From positions 800,001-864,000 of the forward strand of contig CBDCKW010000009.1 of assembly GCA_965218435.1 (NCBI GenBank): a DNA stretch of 64,000 nucleotides, in the 5' to 3' direction. Below the pieces are notes generated by a model. It did no database searches. It was not told the origin of the DNA and worked only from the letters and a program-made list of their open reading frames with translations. A program made the translations under genes and the position numbers. This document shows positions 62,475 to 64,000 of the stretch, piece after piece (positions within the stretch are counted from its first letter, which is position 1; each line of letters opens with the position of its first letter). The stretch comes from Truepera sp. (GTDB lineage Bacteria > Deinococcota > Deinococci > Deinococcales > Trueperaceae).

Positions 62475-62915
62475 CTAAACAGCTGCTTCGGGTTGCGTCA
62501 GGCGCTCGAGCCCCTCTAGCAGTGTAGCTAGCATACCGGGCTCGAGCACGCTCAGCATTTCGGCCACGTAGTCGTCTAAGAGTGCTGACGCCTCTTTAGA
62601 GACCGCTTTACCTTTGGCCGTAAGGCTTAGGACGCGCCGCCGCGCGTCGCCCTCCCCGACGCGGCGGGTAATGAGGCGGCGTTTCTCGAGTACGTCGAGC
62701 TTGCGGCTGATGGCGTGGGGCGGCAGCCGCATCTGCGCGGCAATTTCCGAAGGGCTGAGGGTGCTCTTAGCGATATACTCCAGTAAAAAAACTTCCGGGA
62801 CCTCCAAACCAAGCTGCTCACGCAGTTTTGGTGAAACTTGCTCAACAAACACTTGGCGCAAGTTCCAAAACCCGTGCATAAACCGAGTTGTTGAGGCCGT
62901 GGAAACTACTTGCAC
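62475..62915 (-). CDS. MarR-family regulator
   Basis: SPSEIA, ISRKLDVLE, DARRRVLSLTAKG. Confidence 0.88.
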   Translation of the reverse strand: MQVVSTASTTRFMHGFWNLRQVFVEQVSPKLREQLGLEVPEVFLLEYIAKSTLSPSEIAAQMRLPPHAISRKLDVLEKRRLITRRVGEGDARRRVLSLTAKGKAVSKEASALLDDYVAEMLSVLEPGMLATLLEGLERLTQPEAAV

Positions 62916-63284
62916 AGTGCAAATACTACACCTCGCAAGTTTAGGTCATGTTGCGTAGCTTGCATGACGCCCTTACAAACCGGCTTGAACGCAGCGCCGT
63001 AAAAAACCGGCTGAACAACCAACCCACCAAGCTTTTAAGTTTCGGTCAAGTTAAGTTCCTCACACGGCCCTTAAGTCAGAACGGAGACGGACACAACTAT
63101 GCGCACCATACACCATACGGCGTATAAACAAGCCCGGTCAGGGTGAATTCAGGTCTTTCCCGCTGCTTGCGGGGTGGACAGCCGTGCTTGTAGACAACAG
63201 TGCTCGTGGAACAGTGCTTTAGCCCTCTAAAAGGTGTAGGCCAAACTGAAGGTGCCGGGGAAGATTAAAAGGTAGATTACTCCT

Positions 63285-63953
63285 ATGCTCGAGCTTTGGC
63301 TGATTCGTCACGGAGAAACCGATTGGAACGCTGAAAGGCGGATTCAGGGGCAGCAGCACAACCCCCTGAGTGAGCTGGGCGTGCGTCAGGCGCGGCGCTT
63401 GGGGCGGCGCTTAGCAGGAGAACGGTTTGATGAGATTTACTGCTCCGACCTTAAACGGACAGTCCAAACTGCCGAGCTTGCGTTTCCTGGTTGTACGTTT
63501 ACTTTCGACAAACGGTTGCGGGAGATTTCGCGGGGAGTGCTCGAGAGCCGCCTCGGAACCGAACTGGTCGGTGAACAGCGGGACGTGTACGCGGCGATGC
63601 GGCGCGACCTCTTTAATGTTCGGCCACCCGGCGGCGAAAATTACCGCGACCTAGCTGCCAGGGCGGTGCCGTGGTTGGAAAGTCTGCCCGAGTCGGGTAA
63701 AGTTGCTGCGGTCACGCACGGCGGCGTTATCTTTGCACTACTGCACCACATCGTCGGGGTTGAAGGGGCGGCGAACTTGCGCTTTTCAGCGGATAATACG
63801 GGGATTACCAAACTCAGGTCAAAAGGAAACGGAGTCCGGCTCGTTACCGTCAACGACACGGCGCACCTCGAGGCTTGGGCTGAAGCTGTGTTTGAATCCG
63901 GGCCTAAAGCTGAGTCTGAACTCGAAGCTCAGCCTGAGCTGAGCGCAACTTAA
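63285..63953 (+). CDS. Histidine phosphatase family protein
   Basis: LIRHGETDWN, SDLKR, LREI, GGE, VTHGG. Confidence 0.9.
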   Translation: MLELWLIRHGETDWNAERRIQGQQHNPLSELGVRQARRLGRRLAGERFDEIYCSDLKRTVQTAELAFPGCTFTFDKRLREISRGVLESRLGTELVGEQRDVYAAMRRDLFNVRPPGGENYRDLAARAVPWLESLPESGKVAAVTHGGVIFALLHHIVGVEGAANLRFSADNTGITKLRSKGNGVRLVTVNDTAHLEAWAEAVFESGPKAESELEAQPELSAT

Positions 63954-64000
63954 GCGGGGCTTAACCCAAGCCGGTTACGCTACTTCCGAGCGTACGGCAT

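Noticed and set aside
62940..63280. Possible riboswitch upstream of the histidine phosphatase
   Set aside because: No cobalamin, TPP or other consensus recognised, and the gene looks leaderless.

Overview
Bacterial chromosomal window, GC-rich overall and almost certainly Deinococcota (Trueperaceae-like). The assignment rests on a DUF1999 gene, many leaderless genes with a -10 box 5-8 nt before the start codon, and strong over-representation of CTCGAG. Most of it is housekeeping or metabolic: gluQ, prolyl oligopeptidase, pcp, sucCD, mog, moaC, lgt, a GlmU N-terminal-only protein, lysA, katG, a DAK2 protein, prlC, a LacI-regulated family-5 oligosaccharide ABC transporter, a SHOCT/two-component module and MFS/MarR. 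Accessory or decaying parts are: (i) a toxin-antitoxin cluster with an AT-rich, frameshifted OLD-like ABC-ATPase/TOPRIM gene (5.0-9.1 kb); (ii) a GT2 / GT-C-like / sulfatase surface-modification locus; (iii) an orphan phage-like switch (XRE-S24 repressor with GDCM in place of GDSM, two ATAAC-N4-GTTAT operators, a divergent small membrane protein, and a Zn-ribbon ORF behind a 45-bp palindrome); (iv) an HD-GYP pseudogene split by an IS982-family element with a 6-bp target duplication; (v) a two-gene ebo-like remnant behind a leaderless uORF; (vi) an IS200 tnpA with an amber stop; (vii) a GH2 beta-mannosidase remnant. I saw no rRNA, tRNA or CRISPR array. All family calls come from motif recognition by eye, not database searches.
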